Assembly (NCBI GenBank): GCA_046760785.1
Contig: JBHIET010000008.1
Span: 414-64,413, forward strand
Length of the DNA stretch: 64,000 bases
Reading direction: 5' to 3'
DNA from: Anaerolineae bacterium
GTDB taxonomy: Bacteria; Chloroflexota; Anaerolineae; B4-G1
Below the pieces are notes generated by a model, which was not told the origin of the DNA, made no database searches, and saw nothing but the letters and a program-made list of their open reading frames with translations. This document shows positions 44,401 to 53,936 of the stretch, piece by piece. Position numbers and translations under genes: made by a program. The stretch's first letter is position 1; each line of letters begins with the position of its first letter.

Positions 44401-44560
44401 CGTGGCCCGCTTCCGCACTCTGCTGGAGGAGTTGGCACAGCAGACCCAGTTCATCCTCATCACCCACAACCGGGTCACCATCGAGGCCGCCGATACCCTG
44501 TACGGCGTTTCGATGGGTGCGGATGGAGTCTCGCAGGTGGTGTCGCTCAAGTTGGATTAG
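41462..44560 (+). CDS. smc: Chromosome segregation protein SMC
   Basis: Walker A GPNGSGKSN, long coiled coils, hinge region, LSGGERALTA and FCVLDEVDAMLD. Confidence 0.9.
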   Translation: MLLKHLTLQGYKSFATKTEFLFPTGITAIVGPNGSGKSNIADGIRWVLGEQSMRALRGKSTADMIFGGGRRRARAGMAEVSLTLDNSSGWLPIEFGEVAIARRAYRSGENEYLINGSRVRLRDVNELLAESGLSQRAYTVIGQGLVDAALSLRPQERRALFEEAAGISLYRARREDAVRRLDETQRNLERVHDIISEITPRLRRLEREVERVEEHRRLTAHLERLQRTWYGYQWGCQQAALDRVLKRASVLESSLEAQQREASELSERLIQLRRQEGELRARLRDWHRESADLHDHANDVQRELAVAEERTRLWKVRREELLAELEPLSGQQKAQAEKAAQAQAQVERLERELVERKTRLADLEQEWATAKEQAQESARQHAQVEQEVRVRRARLERLNQTLIEARAEAARLAGEQEALSRTHDGWFADDAGVQALPFDRLRTLLQADLDGVVGPLAALIRVIPEWQHAIEAALGADLRAIVVERASVIEKVHRLLESAGGRLTLLPLDSLRPAPPLPPTALRAADVVTCDEGVRPAVEALLGAVALCDDLQSARALLPAMPPGSRCVTATGIVLRADGALSVGQARTSAISADECAQLSETRQRCQEIEGQQRTEAERIVALEAELEGLSKQATAAREEAARIVRETLGKARTEVAVAEEALRNQQTALQRETALLEPLQTQGAARRQRVKELEAEHAAIVAHVREQRVAASEMEAQLRQVRERIQPAEEKLIRFRDEQMALEEQERRARDRVHDAEGRLGRAQLEVARCRDELQLLARRIEEDLGLVELELAESVTAQTPLPLQPLVSHLPVVEELPRGLQEEIQRIKARLRRFGSVNPNAPAEHAEVQERHRFLSEQAADLETASAQLRQVVAELDELMETAFRETFDAVATSFSETFTALFDGGAARLELTEPDDLMNTGVDIIARPPGKRAQRLALLSGGERALTATALLFALLRVSPTPFCVLDEVDAMLDEANVARFRTLLEELAQQTQFILITHNRVTIEAADTLYGVSMGADGVSQVVSLKLD

Positions 44561-44654
44561 CGGTAGTGCGCCGAGACGGGAAAGAGTGTCAACGCCCTGA
44601 TCAACAACCTGACGCGAGCCTTGCAGAAGGCGCGCGGAGCGAGGAGAAAGCCGG

Positions 44655-45683
44655 TTGCTAACCGCCAATAGTCAAAAGCCAACTGCCAACTGCCAACAGC
44701 CAACAGCTAGCGGCCACATCGCCATCCTGACCACTGGCGGCACCATCGCCATGCAGTACGACGCTGCGGCGAGTGGGGCCGTGCCCACGCTGGGGGCCGC
44801 CGATTTCACCGCCGCGCTGCCTTCGGGCCTGCCGGAACTGCGAACCGAGGAACTGGTCAACCTGCCCAGCTCCCACTTTACGCTGGAGACGCTGCAGACC
44901 ATCTGCGAGCGGGTGGCCGCGCTGGCAGCAGAGCCGGACGTGCAGGGCATCGTCATCACCCACGGTACCGACACTCTGGAGGAGACCGCCTACCTGCTCG
45001 ACCTGACCGTGCCGGGGGAGAAACCCATCGTGCTCACCGGCGCGATGCGCACCGTCTCCGACGTGGGTTACGAGGGCTACGCGAACCTCCTGGCTGCCGT
45101 TCGCGTCGCGGCTGCACCGCAGGCGCGAGGGCTGGGCACAGTCGTTGTCCTCAACGACGAGATTCACGGTGCGCGGCACGTCACCAAGATGCACACGCTC
45201 AGCCCGGCCACCTTTCGGTCGCCCGGCTGGGGGCCGCTGGGCCGCGTGGAGGGGGACGGGGTCATCATCGAGCGCAGGCCGGAGCGACGTGTGCTTCCCT
45301 GGCATGGCCTGGAGCCGCGCGTACCGCTGATCAAGCTGGCGGTGGGTATGGAGCCTGACCTGCTGGAGGACGCGCTGGCGCGAGATGTCCGGGGCGTGGT
45401 CGTCGAGGCGCTGGGCGGGGGGCGCGTGCCCACGTGGTGGTTGTCTCCCATCGAGCGAGCGCGGAGCCGGGGCGTGACCGTGGTGATCGCCAGCCGCTGT
45501 CCCTCCGGCCGGGTGTGGGATGGTTACGGCTATCCGGGAGCGTACCACACCCTGGCCGACCTGGGGTGCCTGTTTGCCGAGGGGCTGAACGGGCAGAAGG
45601 CGCGCATCAAGTTGATGGTCGTGCTGGCGGCTGCGCAAAGCGCCGACGAGGTGGCGGAACTGTGGGGGAAGGTGGATCGCTGA
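44655..45683 (+). CDS. L-asparaginase (type I-like)
   Basis: IAILTTGGTIAM and HGTDTLEETAYLL. The only in-frame start after the stop at 44610 is TTG 44655, which has GAGGAG 9 nt upstream. Confidence 0.8.
   Translation: MLTANSQKPTANCQQPTASGHIAILTTGGTIAMQYDAAASGAVPTLGAADFTAALPSGLPELRTEELVNLPSSHFTLETLQTICERVAALAAEPDVQGIVITHGTDTLEETAYLLDLTVPGEKPIVLTGAMRTVSDVGYEGYANLLAAVRVAAAPQARGLGTVVVLNDEIHGARHVTKMHTLSPATFRSPGWGPLGRVEGDGVIIERRPERRVLPWHGLEPRVPLIKLAVGMEPDLLEDALARDVRGVVVEALGGGRVPTWWLSPIERARSRGVTVVIASRCPSGRVWDGYGYPGAYHTLADLGCLFAEGLNGQKARIKLMVVLAAAQSADEVAELWGKVDR
44678..44705 (+). repeat. Heptanucleotide tandem repeat, 4 units, within codons 8-17 of the asparaginase ORF
   Basis: GCCAACT GCCAACT GCCAACA GCCAACA. 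Confidence 0.9.
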
Positions 45684-45688
45684 ACTCA

Positions 45689-46027
45689 TTGGAACTGGCC
45701 CGGCGTATCGTGGAGCTGATCGCCGATAAAAAGGGCGAGGATGTGTTGTTGCTCGACATTCGGGACATCTCCATTCTGGCTGACTACTTTGTCATCGGCA
45801 GTACGACCAGCGAGCGACAGGCGAAGGCTATCGTCGAGGACGTGAGGCAGGAAGCGAAGGAGGCGTTCGACGTCAGACCGCTGCACATTGAGGGGGAGCC
45901 CACCAGTGGATGGATTCTGATGGATTATGGCAGCGTCGTCGTCCACCTGTTCACGCCGGAGATGCGGGCTTACTACGATCTGGAGGCCCTGTGGCGGGAT
46001 GGGCGAATCGTGGTGCGGATGCTGTGA
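45689..46027 (+). CDS. rsfS: Ribosome silencing factor RsfS (iojap-like)
   Basis: LELARRIVELIADKKGEDVLLLDIRDISILADYFVIGSTTSERQ and WILMDYGSVVVHLF. The proposed start is TTG 45689. The track ORF start at 45434 overlaps the asparaginase gene. Confidence 0.8.
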   Translation: MELARRIVELIADKKGEDVLLLDIRDISILADYFVIGSTTSERQAKAIVEDVRQEAKEAFDVRPLHIEGEPTSGWILMDYGSVVVHLFTPEMRAYYDLEALWRDGRIVVRML

Positions 46028-46031
46028 CTAA

Positions 46032-46209
46032 CTTGACAATGTCACATTCGGCCGGAGGCTCTCAGCCCTCGTCTCCGAGGGCGTGTCCTCTGGGCAAATC
46101 TCGCCTGAGACGCCCCCGAGGCTTCGTCCTGAGGCTCAGCCCGAAGGGACGGGGGCTACGAGCACTGGCGAGCAGGTGTAGCTTGCCTTATGTTAACTGA
46201 TATTGTCAA
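46032..46209. repeat. MITE-like structured repeat, mosaic family B copy
   Basis: The ends are TTGACAATGTCA / TGATATTGTCAA, flanked by ACTAA on both sides. The interior shares gagacgcccccgag and acgggggctacgagc with 53785..53936. Confidence 0.5.
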
Positions 46210-46224
46210 ACTAATCCGCCGTGA

Positions 46225-47616
46225 TTACTTTACCGTCAGCGCGTCGCTTTCCGACCGGCCCCACACCTCTGGCGCGTACATCAGATAGACCTGGACCGGC
46301 AGTACGTGAAAGTCGCCATCGTGAGTCGCGCGGGCCAGGTAGGTGTAGACGTGCCGCCCTCGCTCAAGCTGTGTGTTGAAGAAGACCACCCTGTCGTCCA
46401 ACACGTCCTTGCGGTTGTAGCCGTACTCCCGCCAGTGCCTGCCCTCCCCCTCACCGGCGACGAAGCTCGTCGTCGCCAGTCGCTCGTTCAGCCCCTCGAA
46501 GCCCGCCGGCAGCGGGTCCTCGACGATCACGTACCACATCTCCTCCGGTGCTTCGACCGTCAGCCGCACCTGCACCAGGTCGCCGCGGGTGACGCTGCTG
46601 ATGGGCCGGCCGGTGGTCGGGTCGAGGTACTCGCGAGTGACGCTGATTGCGCCTGCGGCCTTGATCCGTTCGCGTGCGACGTACATACGGCTCAGCAGCG
46701 TGTAGTAGAGTGGTCCTTCCCCCCGCTTGAGGATGCGCACGCGGTTGCGGCCCGGCCGGAGGGAAGCGGTCGGGATGGTGATGACTGCCTGGCCGGAGGA
46801 GAGAGGGCCTGAGTGCAGCAACTCGCCGTTGAGGTGGACTTCATAGGTGTAGTCGGCGGCGGACTCGCGGCTGGCGACGACATAGTCGGAGAGTGCCAGC
46901 AGCGCGAAGGCGGTCTCCTGCGTGGTCCCCCAACTGGCGCCTTGCCGCTGTCGCATCAGCCAACGCACCACTTTGGGCACGAGCGGGTTTTGCGGGTCCA
47001 CCCGCGCCAGTCCGTCGAGCGCCATCGCCGTCGTGCGCGTCGTCGAGGCCATCGTCTTCTGCCGGTAGACGCCGTCCTCCAGGCCAGTCGGCCAATACGC
47101 CTCGTCCTCCGTCACCACCGCCTCGGCGGCCAGTTCCGCTACCAGTGCCCGCGCCCTTTCCTCGTCGCCCAGGTGCGTCAGCGCCACCGCCAGCGCCGCC
47201 CGGCTGAAGGGGTCGAGCGTCGCGTCGTCGGCCAGCGTGCGGGTGGGGGTGATCTCGCCATACCCGGCCACGGCCAGCGCGTAGAGGGAGTAGGCGCGCG
47301 TGCGCACGTCCATCCCGTCCAGTTGCCCCCGCAGCCAGTCCGCCCCCCGCCCGATCACCCCCTCGTCCACGGCAAAGCCCGCGTCCCGCGTGGCCGCCAG
47401 CCCAAAGAGGACGTAGGCGGTCTGGTAGGGGTGTGAGGTGTCGTCGAACCACCAACCCCAGCCGCCGTCGTTGTGTTGGAAGCCGTACAGTTTCTGCAGG
47501 CCCAGTTCGACCATCGGAGGCAGGTCGGCCTCCAGTCGCTCGTTCCGCACGCCCAGTTTGTCGAACGCTTGCGCCACCAGCGCGTTGGGGAGCACACGGC
47601 TCATCGTCTGCTCCAC
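46225..47616 (-). CDS. Alpha-2-macroglobulin family protein, C-terminal part (thioester-domain remainder and C-terminal domain)
   Basis: Begins (GTG)-EQTMSRVLPNAL immediately after an in-frame TGA. It continues QHNDGGWGWW with terpenoid-cyclase-like TED repeats. Confidence 0.8.
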   Translation of the reverse strand: MEQTMSRVLPNALVAQAFDKLGVRNERLEADLPPMVELGLQKLYGFQHNDGGWGWWFDDTSHPYQTAYVLFGLAATRDAGFAVDEGVIGRGADWLRGQLDGMDVRTRAYSLYALAVAGYGEITPTRTLADDATLDPFSRAALAVALTHLGDEERARALVAELAAEAVVTEDEAYWPTGLEDGVYRQKTMASTTRTTAMALDGLARVDPQNPLVPKVVRWLMRQRQGASWGTTQETAFALLALSDYVVASRESAADYTYEVHLNGELLHSGPLSSGQAVITIPTASLRPGRNRVRILKRGEGPLYYTLLSRMYVARERIKAAGAISVTREYLDPTTGRPISSVTRGDLVQVRLTVEAPEEMWYVIVEDPLPAGFEGLNERLATTSFVAGEGEGRHWREYGYNRKDVLDDRVVFFNTQLERGRHVYTYLARATHDGDFHVLPVQVYLMYAPEVWGRSESDALTVK

Positions 47617-47619
47617 TCA

Positions 47620-50600
47620 GCCGAATGGGTAGTCAATCAGATACTCCAACCCATCCAGGAGGCTGGAGACGATGGAGGCCGCGAGGCGGATTTCGACGTC
47701 CGAGACGTCGGTGAGTAGATCTGACGGCGCCAGCACCCATTCGCCGACCTCAGTCTCGACTGGGCCGGAGGCGGTGTACAGGTCGGGCATGGCGAGGGGG
47801 AGGATGGGCAGTGAGAGCGCGACCGCGTCCCGGCCGGCCTCGCCGACGACGCCGACGGTCACCTGCGCCTGGCCCAGCCTCGTCGCGATCACCGGCCAGC
47901 CAACGACGGCCGTTCCTCCGGCCTCGACGTACACCTCCTGGGTCGGTTCCGCGTCGTCGAGCGTCAATCCCGTCAACTCGACCCGCGCCGTGACCGTCAT
48001 CCCCGCGTCGGTATAGTTGTGGACGATGGCCCGCAGTGTGACGCGGTCGCCCTGCACCAGGAAGCGAGGCAGGAGCGGGCGCACCAGCAGTGGCTGGGCG
48101 ACGGTCACCCTGGCCGTCTGCTGGCCGACTCGGGTATCCGCCGTGACCGCCCGCACGACCGCCCGCCAGGAGGTGAGCGAATCTGGGAGGCGGACGTGCA
48201 CGTGGGCCACGCCGTTCTCGTCGGTCTCGATGGCCGGGTCCCAGAAGGCGGTGTCGGGAAAGTCGGCGCGGGGGCCGCCGGAGCCGAGGTCACCACCACC
48301 GCCACCGCCACCCATCCCGCCGCCCAGGTAGCGTGTGGGCTGCAGGGAGTCGAAAGTGCGCACCAGGTCGGCGCGGGGGGCGTAGAAGGCGTCAAAGATG
48401 GGGGGCGTCTCGTCCTCGGCTAGGGCGAAAATCGCCTCGTCCACCAGCGCCAGTGAGAACTGGGCTTGCACCGGGTTGCCCAGCGCGTCGCTCACTTGGA
48501 CGGTGAAGAGGGCCTCGTCGCGGGGGGCGTACTTCTCCCGGTCGGGGGTGATGCTCACCGTCAGCCGACGGTCCTCGGCGGGCACGAGGAGTTGAGTGCG
48601 GGCGGTGAGCAATCTCCCCTCCGGGCGCGTCCGGTACCAGTATTCGTTCTCCACAGGCTCGGCCCACACTGCGACGGCGACGTGGACGTTGGGGACGTCG
48701 TCGGGGAGGATCTCGGCCGGCAGCGTGGTCATGCCTTTCTCCAGATGGACGACGGCCTCGCGGCGGGTGGTGCCGCGCTCAAAGGTCAGCAACGCCGGGC
48801 CGCTCACCGGCGAAACGATGACCAGTTGGGCCACGTCGCCCGGCCTGTACTCGGCGCGGTCGGCGCTGATGCGCAGTTCGTCACTCTGGCCGGTGTACCA
48901 CGGGGCGCTGTCGTCGTAGACCCAGAGGTAGGTGCCGGCGGATACGGGCCGCTCTTGTTCGTCGCTCCCTTCGGCGCGGACCTGGTACCAGCCCTGTTCG
49001 GTCACGTGGAGCGTCGTCGCCGCTTCGCCCCGCGCGCCGGTGGTCACCCGCGTCCGGGCGACCGGGTTGTCGTAGGTGCCGGTAGCGGGGTTCCAACCGT
49101 ACACGCCGACGGTGACCTCGGCTCCGGCCAGCGGCCGGCCGTGGTAGTCGCGGGCGAGGAGGCGGACGGGGATAGGCTCGCCCGGCTCGTAGCCGTACCG
49201 TTCGATGTCCAGATGGAGGCCGAAGGTGGCCGGGTGGATGACGACGCGAGCGTGGTCGCTTACCGCCAGGCCGCTCTCGTCGCTCACCGTCGCCTCGATG
49301 CTCCAGGTTCCCCGATCGTCGTTGGGCTGCGTCGGGAGAGTGATGGTGAGGAGGCCGTTGCTATCTGTGCGGCCAATGCGCCGCAGCTCATTTTTGGGGT
49401 AGGTGTAATGCTCCCCGTCCCACCACGGATCGCCGTAGGCGACGTAGGGCAACACTGTGACACGGGCGTTGGCGACCGGCTCGCCGAAAAAGTAGCGCGC
49501 TGCGACGGTGACGGTGAGCGGGTCGCCGGCGATGATTTGATCGTCGTAGGGAGTGACGGCCACTTCATAGTCGGGCTTGCGGTAGGCTTCGACCTTGAGC
49601 GATTGGCGGCTGGTCTCGCCCAGCGCGGCGACTTCGACGTGGTAGGTGCCGACGGTGCCGTCTTCGGCCAGTTCGAAATCAGTGTAGACGGCGCCAAAGT
49701 CGTCGGGTGTGAGGTTGCGGACGGCAAGCACGTTGTCGCGGGCGTCACGCAAACGGACGGTGACCTCGGTGTCGGGAGGGATGAGGCTGTAGGCGGCGTC
49801 GTCGTCGCGGCGGAGCACCGCCCGCACGTGCACCGTCTGGCCGGGACGGTAGATGGGGCGGTCGGTGTAGGCGTAGATGCGGACGGTCTGGCTGCGAGGG
49901 GGCGACTTCCACCACCACGACCAGCCGCCCTCCTCCCACTCGTTGCTCAGTCCGCTGACGGTGAGCTCGTTCCCCAGCCGACCGACGACGATGAGCGGCT
50001 GGGGGTCCACGGTGATGGTTGTGCGCAAGAGGCCGCGCTCCTCGGTGTTGCCCTCGGCGACGAGCGTGCCGTCCCGGTCGTAGACGCGCACCTGCATACC
50101 GGGCACGGGGCTGTGGTTGGCCATCCGCGTCCCCCAGACGAGGACCTGGTGTTGCGCGTACGCACCCCGGCCCACACTGCTCTGCTTCACGACGAGGGCG
50201 TTCCGGCTGAGGACGATGATGAGCTGGTCGCTGATCGTGCCGTAGCGCGCCTCCAGGACGTAAAGCCCCGGCGGGAGATCGGCCGGCAGCGCAACTTCCG
50301 TCCTCCCAGGGTCCTGCCGCCAGCGGGTGATCAGTGGGAGGTCGGCCGTCTCGACTGAGCGATCCTCGGAGGGGCCAATGCCCCGGAAGGCGGAGCAGTA
50401 GCGGTCGAGGAACTGTTCCAGGCTGAGGTCGTAGACGCGCAACTCTATCTGCTGCGCGACTTTGGCCTCCAGTTGTACCGTTCGTTGGCCGTCGGCGTCC
50501 ACCACCTGGACGTTGGGGCCATAGCCGAAGGAGACCCACCCCTCCACCGGCCTGGCGTGGAAGGTCCAGCCGTAATCGCGGCGCAGCACTGCTTCGCCAT

Positions 50601-51549
50601 CGGCGGTGCGGGCGGAGGCGGCGAGAGTGATGTGGTACGATGTGCCGTTTTCGAAAAAGTCATCCGGTTGGAAAATGAGCAGGGAGTCGTTCTCCCAGCG
50701 CAGGCTGCCGGCTACGGTTGGTGTGATGGCGAAGGCAGCCTCGACGCTGGCCCGCTCCATCGGTGCGCCGAACTGCACACGGATGTTGGCGTCGGCCGGG
50801 GCGTGGCTGCCGTGGGATGGGTAGACGGAGAGGATGCCGTTGCCGGTGGTGAACCACCAGCGCGCACTGCCGTCCACCGGCGTGCCGCTCCTATCGCGCA
50901 GGCCGGGGCCGACTTGTACGTGGTAGGTCGTCTCTATCTCCAGTGGCGCGGCCGGCTCGAAGGTTAGAAGGCGGTCTCCTTCCCATCGGAAGGTGCCGTT
51001 GACGGTTGGGGTGATGGTAAAGTTGGCCTGCACGCTGGCCTGGTCTACCGGAAAGCCAAAGTGCAGGCTGATGGCGGTATCGCATCTTGCTCCCTTGCTG
51101 GAGAGAGGCGGGGATTGGTATCGGATCAGCGGCGGCGTGCTAAAGCTGGAAAAGAACGTTTTGCCCAGATGCACGGTATAGGAGGTTTCGGGTGCCCAAC
51201 CGGGCCGGGGGATGAAGACGAGAGTGCGGTCATCGCGCCACGTCGTCTGCCCCTCGGTCGGCGGCTCGATGGTGAGCGAGGCGGTCTGCGGGTCTACCGG
51301 CCGCTCGTGGGTGATGACGAGGGGGGTGTGAAGGTTGTCCAGGCGTGCTCCGAGGCCGGGTTTGATGCTCACAATCTTGGGAGAGGTGAGAGGGTGGGAT
51401 TGCGGGCGCGGCAGCGGTGAGCGGAAGTGGGTTGTCGGCGCGGGCAGGGGGGAGGACCAGGGCGCAGGCTCACCCGAACAGGCCGCCAGGCAGACGACCA
51501 GGAGGAGGGCCGAGATGACCTGATGGGAGGGAGTGTAGCGGCTTGTCAT
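47620..51549 (-). CDS. Alpha-2-macroglobulin family lipoprotein, N-terminal part (Ig-like and MG domains) ending at an in-frame TGA
   Basis: ATG at 51549 follows AAGGAG. Lipobox ALLLVVCLAAC, then repeated Ig-like/MG domains. The ORF ends ...LEYLIDYPFG-TGA, where homologs have the CxEQ thioester Cys. Confidence 0.8.
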
Positions 51550-51746
51550 CGCTGGACTCCTTGAGTTGGCTGGTACCCCCATCGCGGGGGCTGGGACTGA
51601 ATCTAGGCAAGTTTAACATATCACATTCGTCGTGGACTTGCGTGACGCTCGGCCTACGCTTTGCGTCGTTCGATCCGCCGCTTGCCAACCGTTTCTCGGA
51701 CGGAAAACCGACGGCAGCGACCGGCACCGGTATCCGGTAACGGCGC

Positions 51747-52460
51747 TCAGTGTGATTGGCGTGTCTCCCACCAGCGGGGCAGCAGTTCGGCGGCCGGGCC
51801 GCGCAGCACCTCGTGAGCGTGGGCCGAGAGGGGGGTCTCGGCGGGGTTGACCTCGACCAGGTGTGCGCCGTTCCTCAGCGCCACCAGCGGCAGCGAAGCG
51901 GCGGGCTGCACGACTGCCGAGGTGCCGATCACCAGCATTAGCCAGCAGCGCGCCGCCGCCGCCCACGCCGCCTCCAGCACCTCCTGCGGCAGCGATTCTC
52001 CGAACCAGACCACGTCAGGTCGCAGTAGCCCGGCGCATTCGGGACAGCGAGGGGGTATCTCTGGTAGCGGCGCCCGGCGGTCCTCGCTCACTTTCCCACA
52101 GCCGGTACAGCGCACGCGCCACAGGTTGCCGTGCAGTTCCAGCACGTTGCGGCTACCGGCTGCCTGGTGGAGACCGTCCACGTTCTGCGTGATGAGGGTG
52201 AAACCGGGCAGCGCCGCCTCCATCTCCGCCAGCGTCTCGTGGGCCGCGTTGGGCACACACGCGCCGATCAACCCTCGCCGCCAGTCGTACCACTCCCACA
52301 CCAGCTCCGGATCGCGGCGGAAGGCTCCCGGCGTCGCTAGTTGCTCTGGTCGAAAGTTGCGCCACAGACCACCCTCGCCTCTGAAGGTGGGCACGCCGCT
52401 TTCGGCCGAGATGCCGGCACCGGTAAGCACGGCTACCGGCCCCTGGATGAGTTTGGACAT
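51747..52460 (-). CDS. cobB: NAD-dependent protein deacylase, Sir2 family
   Basis: ATG at 52460 follows AAGGAG. Sequence features: GAGISAESGVPTFRG, QNVDGLH, and the zinc ribbon CTGCG...CPEC. Confidence 0.85.
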   Translation of the reverse strand: MSKLIQGPVAVLTGAGISAESGVPTFRGEGGLWRNFRPEQLATPGAFRRDPELVWEWYDWRRGLIGACVPNAAHETLAEMEAALPGFTLITQNVDGLHQAAGSRNVLELHGNLWRVRCTGCGKVSEDRRAPLPEIPPRCPECAGLLRPDVVWFGESLPQEVLEAAWAAAARCWLMLVIGTSAVVQPAASLPLVALRNGAHLVEVNPAETPLSAHAHEVLRGPAAELLPRWWETRQSH

Positions 52461-52526
52461 GGCCGGGCTCCTTACCAAAAAGGGGCGCGGTAGGCACCCC
52501 TACTGGTTTGTGCGTTGAAGAGTTTC

Positions 52527-53531
52527 TTACTCGCCCTCACCCTCACCGGGGGATTCAGGCAGCGCTGGCGTCTCTTCCTGGCCCCCGAAGGAGGGTAGAG
52601 GCATCAGAGGCGTGATCCCCTCGCTCGGCAGTATACCCCACTGGATGTCTTCCAGGTTGCGGACAAATTCCCATTGGACAAGCTCAGGGTACCCTTTCAG
52701 CGCCGCGCCGCGCGTTTCAATGCTGTATGCTTCGGCGTCTGCCAGGAGGCGCTGCCGTTCTGCCTCTGCCGCTGCCTGTAATTTGATCCTTTCGGCGTCT
52801 GCTTCCGCCAGCCGTATCTGCCGTTCCTTCTCGTACTCGGCGGCGTCGGCCTGGTATTGGGCGGTCTCAATGGCTTCCTGGGCGATCTGCTGTTGCTCAA
52901 TGGCTCTGATATAATCCTCATCGAACTCCACCTTACGGACGAGAAACTCATCAAGGAAGACTCCGTACCTTCCAAACTCCTCCGCCAATGCATCCTGTAC
53001 CGCGAATTCATACTCAAAGATACCCTCGCCGCTGTACAGATCCTCGGCGGCATAATTCTGCGCCCAGAGACGCGCCAGGTTTCTGGAATGGGCCTTCACG
53101 ATGTTCTCCACAACCTCTCGTGGGCGGCCGATGTTCTGCACGATGTCCACAGCCCCCTCAGCCGGTATGCGGAACAGCACAGTGTATTTGATGGTGATTT
53201 GCTGACCGTCTATTGTTTGTGCGTTTACAGGATAATCTCGATAGTCAGCACCCGACAACTCCGGATTGTCACTGGTCTCATACGACTGAACGACAGTAGG
53301 AATGACCACCACTTGGTCAATAAACGGCGTGCGCCAGTGAAGACCTGGTTCAAAAACCTGCCCTGTCAATCCTCCAAATCGTTTGACCAGCGCCACCGTT
53401 CCAGCTTCGACGGGCGTGTAGGCCAGTCCAACAACAATCACGCCGAAAATGAGCACGGCCACCACTATGACTATTGTAATCGGCACTCCCAGCGGAATCG
53501 TTCTGCCTCTCCTTGTGCCCATTCGTGTCAT
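52527..53531 (-). CDS. SPFH/Band 7 (prohibitin-like) membrane protein
   Basis: ATG at 53531 follows AAGGAGG. An N-terminal TM is followed by VKRFGGLTGQVFEPGLHWRTPFID and an Ala/Glu-rich coiled coil. Confidence 0.8.
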   Translation of the reverse strand: MTRMGTRRGRTIPLGVPITIVIVVAVLIFGVIVVGLAYTPVEAGTVALVKRFGGLTGQVFEPGLHWRTPFIDQVVVIPTVVQSYETSDNPELSGADYRDYPVNAQTIDGQQITIKYTVLFRIPAEGAVDIVQNIGRPREVVENIVKAHSRNLARLWAQNYAAEDLYSGEGIFEYEFAVQDALAEEFGRYGVFLDEFLVRKVEFDEDYIRAIEQQQIAQEAIETAQYQADAAEYEKERQIRLAEADAERIKLQAAAEAERQRLLADAEAYSIETRGAALKGYPELVQWEFVRNLEDIQWGILPSEGITPLMPLPSFGGQEETPALPESPGEGEGE

Positions 53532-53784
53532 TTCGCACCTCCTTGTGCATAACACTCACAGCCCGCACCGCTGTGCTCAGTGCGGGCTTGAGTGATCGGG
53601 GCGATCGCCTTCATGTGCGTCCGCCCGAGTGGATTACGGACGATACTATTCAAATGAGAGCCTTTCGCAATTCAAACTGCCAGACTGCGGAAGTCTCGAA
53701 GGTGCTCCGCCTGGTGGCTTTTGACGCCACATGGGACTGATTCTGCCTTCGAAATGCCAGACGGCAGACTTCCGCAGCCTTTTG

Positions 53785-53936
53785 GTAACTACTCACCCCA
53801 AGCTCCAAGTCCCCGTCCCGGGGACGTCGTATGCGGTAGATGACCACTTTGCCGTGCCGTTTTGCGCTCGAGACGCCCCCGAGACGGGGGCTACGAGCCT
53901 GGAAAACGATCTACGCTGCTCAGGCTGAGTAGTGAC
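53785..53936. mobile_element. MITE-like element related by its termini to 34549..34711
   Basis: TIRs GTAACTACTCA / TGAGTAGTGAC match 10/11. The 8-bp flanks are GCCTTTTG (53777-84) and GTCTTTTG (53937-44), a 7/8 match. Confidence 0.55.

Noticed and set aside
47617-47619. Global UGA reassignment (UGA read as Trp or Gly) as an explanation for the in-frame TGA in the A2M gene.
   Set aside because: Many well-defined genes in the window terminate cleanly at TGA at the expected protein ends, for example rtcA, the class III cyclase and DUF1385. UGA is therefore a normal stop in this genome.
51747-52460. The Sir2-domain gene considered as a defence effector (ThsA/DSR-like).
   Set aside because: It has ordinary CobB size and motifs, with the zinc ribbon and no extra SLOG, TIR or helicase domain. 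It is flanked by housekeeping-type genes.
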